Assembly: GCF_947497025.1 (NCBI RefSeq)
Contig: NZ_CANMFC010000010.1
Location: 3,138-67,137, forward strand
Length of the DNA stretch: 64,000 nt
Source: an uncultured Kushneria sp.
GTDB lineage: Bacteria; Pseudomonadota; Gammaproteobacteria; Pseudomonadales; Halomonadaceae
Direction: 5' to 3'
Made by a program: the position numbers and the translations under genes. Below the pieces are notes generated by a model. The model was not told the DNA's origin. It made no database searches and saw nothing but the letters and a program-made list of their open reading frames with translations. Below, piece after piece: positions 55,594 through 64,000 of the stretch. Positions within the stretch are counted from its first letter, which is position 1; the number at the start of each line of letters is the position of its first letter.

Positions 55594-56565
55594 ATGCCCA
55601 GGGCCGTAAAAAACCTGTTTGCCGACTCGCTGACGGCTGAATCGGAGCCTCAAATGAAGAAGCAGGACAGCAGGGTGGTCGATGTGGAGAAAAGGGACCG
55701 CATCGATGAGTACCTGCGTCTGGCACGTCGCAGCATCATGAATGTCCTTCCTGACAAGTGGCATACGGCGCTTCGCTATCGACGCGTATTCGGAGAATTC
55801 CCGGATTTAAAAAACCCGCGCACCTTTAATGAAAAGATCTGCTATCGCAAAATTAATCCTCAGCCTATTTATTCTGTTCTGAGCGACAAGATTGCGGCAC
55901 GCGATTATGTAGCGCACACCATCGGCGAACAGTACCTGGTGCCCTGCTACGCCATAGAATCCGAGCCTACACCGGCCACCTATTCAGCACTGCCGGAAAG
56001 CTTTGTCATGAAAGCCAATCACGGCTTTGGATATAATCTGCTCGTGCGTGACAAGGCCGACCACCCCTTTCCTCAGATCTACAATCTGGGACAGCACTGG
56101 CTAGGGCAGGATTTTTACGATGTTTGTCGCGAAGCACACTATCGTCAGATCAAGCCCCGCCTGATTTTTGAAAAGCTGCTTCTGGATGACCTTGGCAACA
56201 TCCCCAAGGATTTCAAGTTCCATTGCTTTCAACGCGAAGGCGAAGATCCGGTCGTTTTTATTGAAGTGACTCACGACCGCTTTACCAATTACAAGGTCGA
56301 TTTTTACAATCAGGACTGGGAGCTGGTAGAAATTCGCCGGCCTGAAGTCAGCACCGGGCAGGCCATGCCAAGGCCGCAACAGCTTGATGAGGCCCTTGAG
56401 CTGGCGCTCAAGCTTGCCAACGGCTTCTCTTACGTTCGGGTTGATTTTTACCTAGTGGGTGACGCCATTTATTTTGGTGAGATGACCTTTACGCCGACGG
56501 CCGGACTGACAAAGTTCAAGGATCGCGAAACCGATCATCAATGGGGCGCCCTGTTCGACATCTAG
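55594..56565 (+). CDS. ATP-grasp fold amidoligase family protein (TupA-like)
   Basis: LKNPRTFNEKICYRKI, FVMKANHG, PKDFKFHCF and RVDFY...IYFGEMTFTP motifs are typical of the TupA-like ATP-grasp family. Start set at ATG 55594 with a strong AGGAGG RBS. Confidence 0.75.
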   Translation: MPRAVKNLFADSLTAESEPQMKKQDSRVVDVEKRDRIDEYLRLARRSIMNVLPDKWHTALRYRRVFGEFPDLKNPRTFNEKICYRKINPQPIYSVLSDKIAARDYVAHTIGEQYLVPCYAIESEPTPATYSALPESFVMKANHGFGYNLLVRDKADHPFPQIYNLGQHWLGQDFYDVCREAHYRQIKPRLIFEKLLLDDLGNIPKDFKFHCFQREGEDPVVFIEVTHDRFTNYKVDFYNQDWELVEIRRPEVSTGQAMPRPQQLDEALELALKLANGFSYVRVDFYLVGDAIYFGEMTFTPTAGLTKFKDRETDHQWGALFDI

Positions 56566-56611
56566 ACCCGCCCTTCATGGCATGGCCACCATCCGATGGC
56601 CATGTCATGAT

Positions 56612-57316
56612 CTACTCTCCCTGCCGATCACTGGAATCAAGTGGCATTCTCAGATCGCGCTGCCATCGGCGCACCTTGAGCCGTTGACGCCGCTTGCCCA
56701 GCTGCTGCGTTCCAATCGTTTCGGGGACAAGACTCAGTTTTTTATCGTCATCGTATTTCATGTTGAATCGTCGGCTTGCCCCTATTGGGCTGGTCTCGGC
56801 ACCAAAAATCATGATCAGTCGAATTTCAACGCGACTGAAACCTACCTCCCCGGTCGGACGACAGCTTTCATCAACGGTAATACCATGCTCACTGGCCACT
56901 TTCTGAAGCAGCGTTCTAAAGGTACCCGCGTTCATGTACTCGCCAGAACCCAGCGGCCCCTGTCGCGTCACCTGGCGCAGCTCTTTCATGTCGACATCAC
57001 TGCCGCCCTCTCCCTGCTCGTCCACAGTATCGGTCACGTCGGTAACATACTGGCCATCGCTGGTTTCGAGCTTGACGATAATGCTGTCGACAAACACGGC
57101 AGACTGACTCATGTTGCTGACGATGCAACGTGAATCGATTCCTCGACCATAGCCATGATTGATAATGATCTGAGGACGGCGCTGCATACGAAAGTTATGC
57201 AGAAGCAGCTGCAGATAAACGCCCCATATCAACAGCATGCCAACGCTGGTCAGCCCGCTGAAGACCGTAGCGTTTTCCTGTATCCAGTCCCACAGATTAC
57301 CCAAAAAATAGATCAC
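56612..57316 (-). CDS. Hypothetical membrane-anchored protein of unrecognised family
   Basis: 234-aa ORF with one N-terminal TM segment (FSGLTSVGMLLIWGVYLQLLL), an acidic central region and a basic C-terminus. I recognise no motif. Confidence 0.5.
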   Translation of the reverse strand: MIYFLGNLWDWIQENATVFSGLTSVGMLLIWGVYLQLLLHNFRMQRRPQIIINHGYGRGIDSRCIVSNMSQSAVFVDSIIVKLETSDGQYVTDVTDTVDEQGEGGSDVDMKELRQVTRQGPLGSGEYMNAGTFRTLLQKVASEHGITVDESCRPTGEVGFSRVEIRLIMIFGAETSPIGASRRFNMKYDDDKKLSLVPETIGTQQLGKRRQRLKVRRWQRDLRMPLDSSDRQGE

Positions 57317-57590
57317 TGCTGCCCCCTGAAAAATATGCGCCTGAATGCCACTTCAACCTGTTTATCGAGGCGGACTTCCTGTCAGATAAGCATGGCTGAA
57401 AAAGCAGCACTCTGCTCGAGTATGCCTCTCTATCGACCAATGGATGTTCATGACAGGCACATCAGGAGATAACCACCCACTATAGTACCAGACAGGTGGC
57501 CGCTTTCCGGTGGCCAACTGCATGAAGCATGAATCGTTTGTCCGTGACATCAACACTGTTTTGGACCCCGAGCGGTCCTGGGAGTGCATC

Positions 57591-58184
57591 ATGATTCATC
57601 ATGTCTGGGGCCTCATGGCTCATCCTCATCGAGAGTGGAAGCACATCGAAGGGGAACACGAAAGCGCGACACACATGTATGCCAGCCATGTTCTTTTATT
57701 GGCTGCCATCCCTGTCGTCAGCGCCTTTATTGGCACAACGACTGTCGGCTGGGACTTCGGACGCTCGGCCGTCGTAACGCTTTCAACGACCAGCGCATTA
57801 CAGCTGGCCGTTCTGTTCTATCTGGCCATTCTGGGGGCCATCGCCCTGATGGGGTTTGTAATTCATCGCATGGCGCAACGATACCCCGTTCATCCCGATC
57901 TGAATCGCTGCATCGTTTTTGCCGGTTATGTGGCGACCCCCATGTTTCTGGCCGGGCTGGTCGCTCTGTATCCGATGGTATGGCTGTGTGTGCTGGCAGG
58001 GGTAGCAGGACTCTGTTACACGGGCTATCTACTTTATCTGGGCATACCGGGCTTTCTGGGCATAGATCGCAAGGAGGGCTTCATCGTTTCCAGCTCGACG
58101 CTGGGCATTGGCGTACTGGTACTTGAGGTGCTTCTTGCCATTGCCGTCTTGCTCTGGGGATATGGAGCCCATCTTGTTTACTAA
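57591..58184 (+). CDS. Yip1-family (DUF1282/YohC-like) inner membrane protein
   Basis: N-terminal MIHHVWGLMAHPHREWKHI followed by five hydrophobic segments. Start set at ATG 57591 (GGGAG RBS). Confidence 0.7.
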   Translation: MIHHVWGLMAHPHREWKHIEGEHESATHMYASHVLLLAAIPVVSAFIGTTTVGWDFGRSAVVTLSTTSALQLAVLFYLAILGAIALMGFVIHRMAQRYPVHPDLNRCIVFAGYVATPMFLAGLVALYPMVWLCVLAGVAGLCYTGYLLYLGIPGFLGIDRKEGFIVSSSTLGIGVLVLEVLLAIAVLLWGYGAHLVY

Positions 58185-58271
58185 GCAAAAAGGCAGGGAT
58201 ACATCATGAAAAGGAAGAAGGGGGAGGACAGGAATAAATAAAAGGCCAAACAAACGCACACAACAACAAAT

Positions 58272-58303
58272 AAAAAGGGAGCTGCCGATGGCAGCTCCCT
58301 TTA
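58272..58303. terminator. Bidirectional terminator shared by the Yip1 gene and csp
   Basis: AAAAA-GGGAGCTGCC-gat-GGCAGCTCCC-TTTA. Confidence 0.75.
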
Positions 58304-58325
58304 CAGTAGAATTTAATCTACCGAC

Positions 58326-58529
58326 TTACTCGGGGCGGATTGCAGAAGCCTGCAGACCTTTTTTACCCTGAGTAACGTTGAAGGAGACCTTCTGGCCTTC
58401 CTGCAGCGACTTGAAACCTTCTGCCTGAATCTCGGAGAAGTGTGCGAACAGATCGTCGCCACCGTCGTCAGGAGAAATAAAACCGAAGCCTTTGCTGTCG
58501 TTGAACCACTTAACAGTGCCAGTTGCCAT
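58326..58529 (-). CDS. Cold-shock protein, CspA family
   Basis: 67 aa with RNP1 KGFGFI and RNP2 LFAHF motifs. Confidence 0.95.
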   Translation of the reverse strand: MATGTVKWFNDSKGFGFISPDDGGDDLFAHFSEIQAEGFKSLQEGQKVSFNVTQGKKGLQASAIRPE

Positions 58530-58911
58530 GCTTTTGATACCTGTGCAATAAATTAATGATGGTTAGCCCATTGTGGGCAAAAACAAGATAGCCATTCATA
58601 TGCTCTCGACAGGATCGATTACAACTGACGATATACTGCCTTGTTCACCATCTAGATCATAGTGCACCTATCGCTTTACCGGGTCAAGTAACCCTTTGGT
58701 AGGGGGTATGCGATACGAACAAGATGAACACTCCGTATAACGGAAAAACGAAGGGAGGTCAACAAAATCCGAATATTTAAAACCAGACGCGACATGCATG
58801 GCGTCCGGATCGGGCAATGGCATGAAAACCGGATGGTCTGCTCAACGTCTTTATTCGAACCAACAGGCGCTGCCGATCGTTGCGATCAGCACCTGGCCGG
58901 TCATTTACCTA

Positions 58912-58945
58912 TAAAAAAACCGCCCTGAAGGCGGTTTCTTTTTTC
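58912..58945. terminator. Intrinsic terminator after the tRNA Phe-Gln-Thr cluster
   Basis: AAAAAAA-ACCGCC-ctgaa-GGCGGT-TTCTTTTTT. Confidence 0.75.
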
Positions 58946-58971
58946 GAGATTGCCTTTAAAGCAATTCGAAA

Positions 58972-59047
<76 letters not shown>

Positions 59048-59073
59048 ATATTCAGAATGCATGCAGACTGAAA

Positions 59074-59148
59074 TGGCTGGGGTACCAGGACTCGAACCTG
59101 GGAATGCCGATACCAAAAACCGGTGCCTTACCACTTGGCTATACCCCA
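59074..59148 (-). tRNA. tRNA-Gln (UUG)
   Basis: 75 nt, TGGGGTATAGCCAAGTGGTAAGGCACCGGTTTTTGGTATCGG..., close to E. coli tRNA-Gln(UUG). Confidence 0.9.
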
Positions 59149-59153
59149 GCAGA

Positions 59154-59229
59154 TGGTGGCCAGAGACGGAATCGAACCGCCGACACGGGGATTTTCAATC
59201 CCCTGCTCTACCGACTGAGCTATCTGGCC
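59154..59229 (-). tRNA. tRNA-Phe (GAA)
   Basis: 76 nt, GGCCAGATAGCTCAGTCGGTAGAGCAGGGGATTGAAAATCCCC..., with an encoded CCA. Confidence 0.9.
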
Positions 59230-59246
59230 GCTGCCAACGGCTGCGT

Positions 59247-59275
59247 ATTAAATCGAAAACCTCTTCTCGGGTCAA
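59247..59275 (-). promoter_or_regulatory. Candidate sigma70 promoter for the tRNA cluster
   Basis: Minus-strand TTGACC, 17-nt spacer, TTTAAT, with an A/T-rich UP-like sequence upstream. Confidence 0.5.
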
Positions 59276-59302
59276 CACCTTTCTCAACATTATTTCAAAA
59301 AC

Positions 59303-59575
59303 TTATTGAGAGGGCGGCACGTAGCCTTCAGCGCTGTCGGTTTGTTCGTTGTTGAAAAATTGCGTCATCTGCATCATCAGATAATCGCGGGTCTCTGGAT
59401 CGAGCATGTTGAGACGCTTTTCATTGATCAGCCGCGTCTGCAGCGCCTGCCACTCCTCCCAGGCCTGTCTGGACACATTGTCATAGATGTCCTGACCTTT
59501 GGCACCCGGCAGGGGCGGCATCTGTAGTCCTTCCATGTCCTGCTGATACTTGCGGCAAAATACCGTACGAGTCAT
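59303..59575 (-). CDS. yggX: Fe(2+)-trafficking / oxidative damage protection protein YggX
   Basis: The 90-aa MTRTVFCRKYQQDMEGL...WQALQTRLINEKRLN matches the YggX family. Follows mutY, as in E. coli. Confidence 0.9.
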   Translation of the reverse strand: MTRTVFCRKYQQDMEGLQMPPLPGAKGQDIYDNVSRQAWEEWQALQTRLINEKRLNMLDPETRDYLMMQMTQFFNNEQTDSAEGYVPPSQ

Positions 59576-59597
59576 TGAAATACCTTTTTAAACGCTC

Positions 59598-60755
59598 TCA
59601 AAGGAGCGTGGATGATGACAGGGATTCAAGCAACGCCTTGACCGGTGCTGCCAGCCCTATGCTGTCAGGTTGATCCGGATCATACCATCGCCGCCTGGCT
59701 ACAGCGGGGTAGCCACCGCTGCCGGACAGATGCGCCTGAACCGGCGTGATCTCAAGTCGAAAGTGGGTAAAGACATGCGTAAAGCACGGCCATTGCCCCT
59801 GCATCTCGCTACCGGGCATCTCCCGGGCCAGCCAGGCCTGCAGTGCGTCATGATCATCAAACTGCGGCATCCCCCACAGGCCACCCCATAAACCGCTGGA
59901 AGGACGCTGCTCCAGCAGTACATGCCCACGTTCATCACGCAGCATCAGCATCACTGTCTGACGAACGGGCTTTTCCTTTTTCGGCTTCGACTCGGGAAAG
60001 CGGTGCTCCTCTCCCCTGGCATGGGCCACGCAATCGGCTTCAAAGGGGCACAGGAGACAGCTGGGACGGCGCCGAGTGCAGAGGGTAGCCCCCATGTCCA
60101 TCATTGCCTGTGTGAAGTCAGCACAGCGCCACTGCGGTGTATAATGCTCGGCCAGCTGCCAGAGCCTTCGTTCCACTTGCGGCCGACCGGGCCAGCCCTC
60201 GACACCATGCAGGCGCGTCAGTACCCGCTTGACGTTGCCATCCAGAATGGGGGCCCGCTTGCCGGTGGCCTGCGCAATGATGGCACCGGCCGTCGAGCGG
60301 CCGATACCCGGCAGCGCACTCAACGTCTCGACGCTTTCGACCGGAAACTCGCCGCCATGCTCATGCACGACACATTTTGCGGCGCGGTGCAGATTTCTGG
60401 CACGGGCGTAGTATCCCAGCCCCGTCCAGAGATGCAGTACCTCATCCTGCTCGGCCGCCGCCAGCGCCTCGACATCCGGAAAGCGCTGCATGAAGCGCTC
60501 GAAATAGCCGATGACGGTGGCCACCTGGGTCTGCTGCAGCATGATCTCTGACACCCAGACGCGGTAAGGGCTTCTGTCCTGCTGCCAGGGCAGATGGGTA
60601 CGGCCATACTGATCAAACCAGCCCAGCAACCGGGTGCGAAAATATTCGGCATCCAGCGGCTGCAGGGCCTCGATAAAAGTACTCACGAATTGGCTCTCGC
60701 CCGGATATGAAACTCGGAAAGTGCCGGCGCCCTGATCAATCGGGACGCCGGCCAT
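59598..60755 (-). CDS. mutY: A/G-specific adenine DNA glycosylase MutY
   Basis: HhH-GPD domain (VSEIMLQQTQV, LPGIGRSTAGAI), 4Fe-4S Cys cluster (C..C..C..C) and a C-terminal NUDIX-like domain. The start is uncertain: ATG 60755 or in-frame GTG 60686. Confidence 0.9.
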   Translation of the reverse strand: MAGVPIDQGAGTFRVSYPGESQFVSTFIEALQPLDAEYFRTRLLGWFDQYGRTHLPWQQDRSPYRVWVSEIMLQQTQVATVIGYFERFMQRFPDVEALAAAEQDEVLHLWTGLGYYARARNLHRAAKCVVHEHGGEFPVESVETLSALPGIGRSTAGAIIAQATGKRAPILDGNVKRVLTRLHGVEGWPGRPQVERRLWQLAEHYTPQWRCADFTQAMMDMGATLCTRRRPSCLLCPFEADCVAHARGEEHRFPESKPKKEKPVRQTVMLMLRDERGHVLLEQRPSSGLWGGLWGMPQFDDHDALQAWLAREMPGSEMQGQWPCFTHVFTHFRLEITPVQAHLSGSGGYPAVARRRWYDPDQPDSIGLAAPVKALLESLSSSTLL

Positions 60756-60764
60756 ATGACGTGA

Positions 60765-63098
60765 TTACTGGAACAGCCCCTTGATGGCATTTTTCAGATT
60801 GTTGCCGGAATCCTCGCCCAGCTTTTCCTCGATGCGCTGCCCCAGTTTACCATCCAGCTGACGGTCCAGATGCTCGCGCAGCGTCTGCTGCCCTTCGCTG
60901 GCAGCGGTCTTTTGCAGGATGGCGCGAAAGGCGTCGGTATCGAAGCGACACCACTTGGCCGGAGCCTCCTTTAGATCCCCCGAACAGTGCAGCGGCAGCT
61001 GTATGCGGCTCAGCGTCGCGCTGACCGGGCACCCCTGGGTGTCGGCGGTATTGACCAGCCGAGCGGCCAGCGCCATGTCCAGATTCTGCGCCTTCAGGTC
61101 TACCTGACCGCTGCCGGCAATATCAATCCCTGGCAGGGCCACTTTCAGGTCATCATTTTGAATGACACCGTCGACAATATCGAAGCTGGCGGCGAACTGA
61201 TCGAACTCGGTATCGCTGCCCCACTCGTGCGAGGTGCTGTTGCCCTGCAGCATGGCAGCCGTAGTACACAGCTGACCCGGTAGATTGATGCCCAGCATGG
61301 CGCCATCAGTAATCTCGAACGCTGCCTTGCCATCAAGATGGGCCAGCAGAGAATTATCTTCTCCAGGCGTAGAGGACAGCGCCGCCTGGGCATTGAGCGT
61401 ACCGCGGAAAAGGTCATCACGGCCCAGCGCGTCACTCAGCAAAGGTTGCAGCGCCACACCGGTCAACCGCGGCTCAAGCGACAGTGACACCGGGGATGCT
61501 GCAACATCCATGGCGCCACTGGTCTTGAGCGTGCCCTCATAAAGATCGGCGTCAAGCTCCGAGAGACGGTAACGCCCATCACTACCCTGAGCCTGCAGCG
61601 ACACATTCTCAAGCTGGAGATCACGTGCCTTGAGCGCCTCGAGACGTAGATTCAAAGCAAGATCCAGCGAGCGGGCCAGCGTCCAGGCTCCTTCACCAGA
61701 GGCGTTTTCAGTGCCTGTGGTTGGCGCTGCTTCGCTGCCTCTGGGCTGTGGCGCACTGTTGGCCTGAGACACTTGCGTGGCTTTCGGTGGCAGATAGCGA
61801 TCAAGATCCAGCGAATCACTCGAGAGATCAGCATGCAGATGAGGAGAATCAAGTCCCAGCGATGCCGTCCCTTTGAGGGTCGTGTCATCAATATGGATGG
61901 CCAGGTCCGCAAACCGCGCTGAATGTGTATCACCCTCAATTCGCGAAGAGACGCCCACCCGCTGAAACGCTTGAGCATCTGCAGTGGCCGGCAGTTTTCC
62001 CAGCCGCTCCAGCCAGCTGCGAAGATCAGCCGGCGCCATATCGACCTGCCCCTGCCAGCGCAGATCATCCTGCAGGTTGCGGGCCTCCCCGCTGCCGGTC
62101 AGGCGCAGCCACTGGCCGCTTGTGAGCGCAAACGACGTCAGGGTCGCATGATCGTCCGCCAGCGATACCTCACCACTGGCCTCGCCGCCCAGTGGCAGGG
62201 CGTGCTCACCCAACGACGGCACGTGGAAGGTGGCATCGAATGCCGCATCGTCGAAGGTATAAAGCTGCCGGGGCAGATCCGCGGCAAGTTTTGACGCATT
62301 GACGGTGAAGCTCTGATCGTGAGCGTCATCCAGTGTCGACAGGTGTACTGACCCTTTCAGGGCCAGGCCACTGAGGGTATAAACAGCGCTATTCAGATCA
62401 AGACTGGCCTGACTTTTCAGACTGACACTGCCCGCCACTTCGGGCTGGGAGCTTTTCAGGTCAAAGGACAACTCCAGCGGAAAGGCACCGCCGGAGGTGA
62501 CGTTGGAGGCCAGCAGGGCGAGCGAGGACAGCGTGATGTCACGATCGTACTGATGATCCTCAAAATGCACCTGACCATCACTGACCTGGATGCTGGCGAT
62601 ATCCATGGCCAGAGGCCGATCACCGGCGGTCGTGACGCGCTGCGGGCGCCGAGAGGGCGAGGCTGGCGGGGCATCGTCCTGACGCGCGGCGGTATCGATC
62701 AACGTCTCCCAGTTACCCCGCCCCTGCTCGTCACGTTCAAGATTGAGACGAAGACCGTCGAGCGTGAAACCGTCGACTTCGATATTGCCACTTAACAGCG
62801 GGGCAAAGCGCAGACGCGCCTCGGCCTGTCTGAACGCTGCAAAGGGCGCCTCTCCTTCATTCTGGTCGGGAAGACGTGCCGAGGCGTCTTCAACGGTGAT
62901 GCCGATGCGTGGATAAAACGTCCAGGACAGCGGGCCATTCAGGGACAACTCAAGCCCCGTGTGCTCACGTACGGCATCGGCAAGCCTTGGCTTGAGGTCG
63001 TTGGGATCGAGAAAGGTCGTCGCATAAATGACCACGGCCACGGCCAGCAGTCCCAGCACCCCCATCGCCGCCAGCACTATCCTGAACAACGCTTTCAT
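60765..63098 (-). CDS. asmA: AsmA-family outer membrane biogenesis protein
   Basis: N-terminal anchor MKALFRIVLAAMGVLGLLAVAVVIY followed by a long beta-rich periplasmic region typical of AsmA. Start set at ATG 63098 (GGGAGAG RBS). Confidence 0.85.
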   Translation of the reverse strand: MKALFRIVLAAMGVLGLLAVAVVIYATTFLDPNDLKPRLADAVREHTGLELSLNGPLSWTFYPRIGITVEDASARLPDQNEGEAPFAAFRQAEARLRFAPLLSGNIEVDGFTLDGLRLNLERDEQGRGNWETLIDTAARQDDAPPASPSRRPQRVTTAGDRPLAMDIASIQVSDGQVHFEDHQYDRDITLSSLALLASNVTSGGAFPLELSFDLKSSQPEVAGSVSLKSQASLDLNSAVYTLSGLALKGSVHLSTLDDAHDQSFTVNASKLAADLPRQLYTFDDAAFDATFHVPSLGEHALPLGGEASGEVSLADDHATLTSFALTSGQWLRLTGSGEARNLQDDLRWQGQVDMAPADLRSWLERLGKLPATADAQAFQRVGVSSRIEGDTHSARFADLAIHIDDTTLKGTASLGLDSPHLHADLSSDSLDLDRYLPPKATQVSQANSAPQPRGSEAAPTTGTENASGEGAWTLARSLDLALNLRLEALKARDLQLENVSLQAQGSDGRYRLSELDADLYEGTLKTSGAMDVAASPVSLSLEPRLTGVALQPLLSDALGRDDLFRGTLNAQAALSSTPGEDNSLLAHLDGKAAFEITDGAMLGINLPGQLCTTAAMLQGNSTSHEWGSDTEFDQFAASFDIVDGVIQNDDLKVALPGIDIAGSGQVDLKAQNLDMALAARLVNTADTQGCPVSATLSRIQLPLHCSGDLKEAPAKWCRFDTDAFRAILQKTAASEGQQTLREHLDRQLDGKLGQRIEEKLGEDSGNNLKNAIKGLFQ

Positions 63099-63359
63099 TG
63101 AACACTCTCCCAAAGGCCCTTTACCACCCACCTCATCGACAGGCTCCGCCATCATGGCAGAAACCCGCCCATCGGTTGCAGGCGTTAGTGTAGCGGATGG
63201 TCACTGCCCTTCTCTATAATGGCGCGTCGGCGCAAGCGCTCGGGCGTACGGCAACAACCTTTCAGTCCATCGAGCCGCGCGGGCGTGATCCGCTTTTGAT
63301 ATCGTTGTGATCCATTACGCCTTGGCAAGGCGATGATCTTCTTTTTGCAGGGAGCCTTC

Positions 63360-63959
63360 ATGACCCAGTCGCCGCGATGCGCCAGTATTTCACGTCATAC
63401 CAGCGAAACGCGCATCAGCGTCTCGCTCGATCTTGACGGCCAGGGGGAGCTCAAGGCCGATACCGGCGTGCCCTTTTTCGAGCATATGCTCGATCAGATA
63501 GCACGCCATGGCATGATCGATCTAACCATCGATGCCGACGGCGATCGTCATATCGACGATCATCATACGGTCGAGGATACCGGCATTACTCTGGGCCAGG
63601 CCTTTGCCGAGGCGCTGGGCGACAAGCGTGGCATCCATCGCTATGGTCACGCCTATGTCCCCCTGGATGAGGCACTCTCACGCGTGGTGATCGATTTTTC
63701 CGGCCGCCCGGGGCTTTTCATGAATGCCAGGTTCACGCGCGCGACCATCGGCGCCTTCGAGACCCAGCTGGTGTCCGAATTCTTCCAGGGATTCGCCAGC
63801 CATGCCCGTGCGACCGTCCATATCGACAACCTGAAGGGCGACAACGCCCACCATCAGGTCGAAACCATCTTCAAGGCCTTTGGTCGCGCCCTGCGCATGG
63901 CCGTCTCTCCGGATGAGCGCATGGTGGGCCGTATCGCCTCGACCAAGGGCAGCCTGTAA
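63360..63959 (+). CDS. hisB: Imidazoleglycerol-phosphate dehydratase
   Basis: [16 protein letters not shown] and the DDHHTVED and NAHHQVE metal-binding motifs. Start set at ATG 63360 (AGGGAG RBS). Confidence 0.95.
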   Translation: MTQSPRCASISRHTSETRISVSLDLDGQGELKADTGVPFFEHMLDQIARHGMIDLTIDADGDRHIDDHHTVEDTGITLGQAFAEALGDKRGIHRYGHAYVPLDEALSRVVIDFSGRPGLFMNARFTRATIGAFETQLVSEFFQGFASHARATVHIDNLKGDNAHHQVETIFKAFGRALRMAVSPDERMVGRIASTKGSL

Positions 63960-64000
63960 TCCAACACCATCCGATCGGCGTGATGCCGGTTGGCAAGGAG

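Overview
This is a high-GC gammaproteobacterial chromosomal core segment. Its gene order resembles Pseudomonas / Halomonadaceae-type genomes, but that taxon assignment is inference only. Nearly all of the roughly 60 protein genes are housekeeping genes in familiar blocks: pilT | yggS-proC-yggT-metXW; sfsA | dksA-gluQ ... pcnB-folK-panBC; the tRNA-fMet-rimP-nusA-infB-rbfA-truB-rpsO-pnp superoperon; rlmE-ftsH-folP-glmM-tpiA-secG-tRNA-Leu; yhbY | greA-carBA-dapB; an NAD-dependent formate dehydrogenase operon fdsGBA-D with a divergent regulator; a Fur-box-preceded FecBCD-type ABC importer; ohr; dnaKJ, grpE | recN, fur | bamE, rnfH-ratA | smpB-ssrA; a tRNA Phe-Gln-Thr cluster; yggX-mutY-asmA | hisB. 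I corrected many ORF-track starts using homolog N-termini and RBS positions. The most interesting signal is the 835-nt gap between gluQ and pcnB. It has a near-consensus sigma54 -24/-12 promoter and two NtrC-like upstream sites 32 bp apart. Downstream lies a ~470-nt non-coding stretch with nine A-rich AAnAAnAA (CA-type) motifs, several sitting in loops of 5-bp hairpins, ending at a strong intrinsic terminator. This looks like a CrcZ-type Hfq/Crc-sponging sRNA in the Pseudomonas crcZ position, but with no adjacent cbrAB. Secondary observations: a visibly lower-GC islet between ssrA and the tRNA cluster, carrying an orphan TupA-like ATP-grasp gene, an unknown membrane protein, a Yip1 protein and a csp gene, with no integrase; an in-frame TAA in the ABC importer's binding-protein gene; an initiator tRNA with a U1-U72 mismatch; and a dapB terminator that may double as a carA attenuator. 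The long ORFs antisense to pnp, dnaK, panBC, glmM, carAB and fdsAB are rejected as high-GC artefacts.
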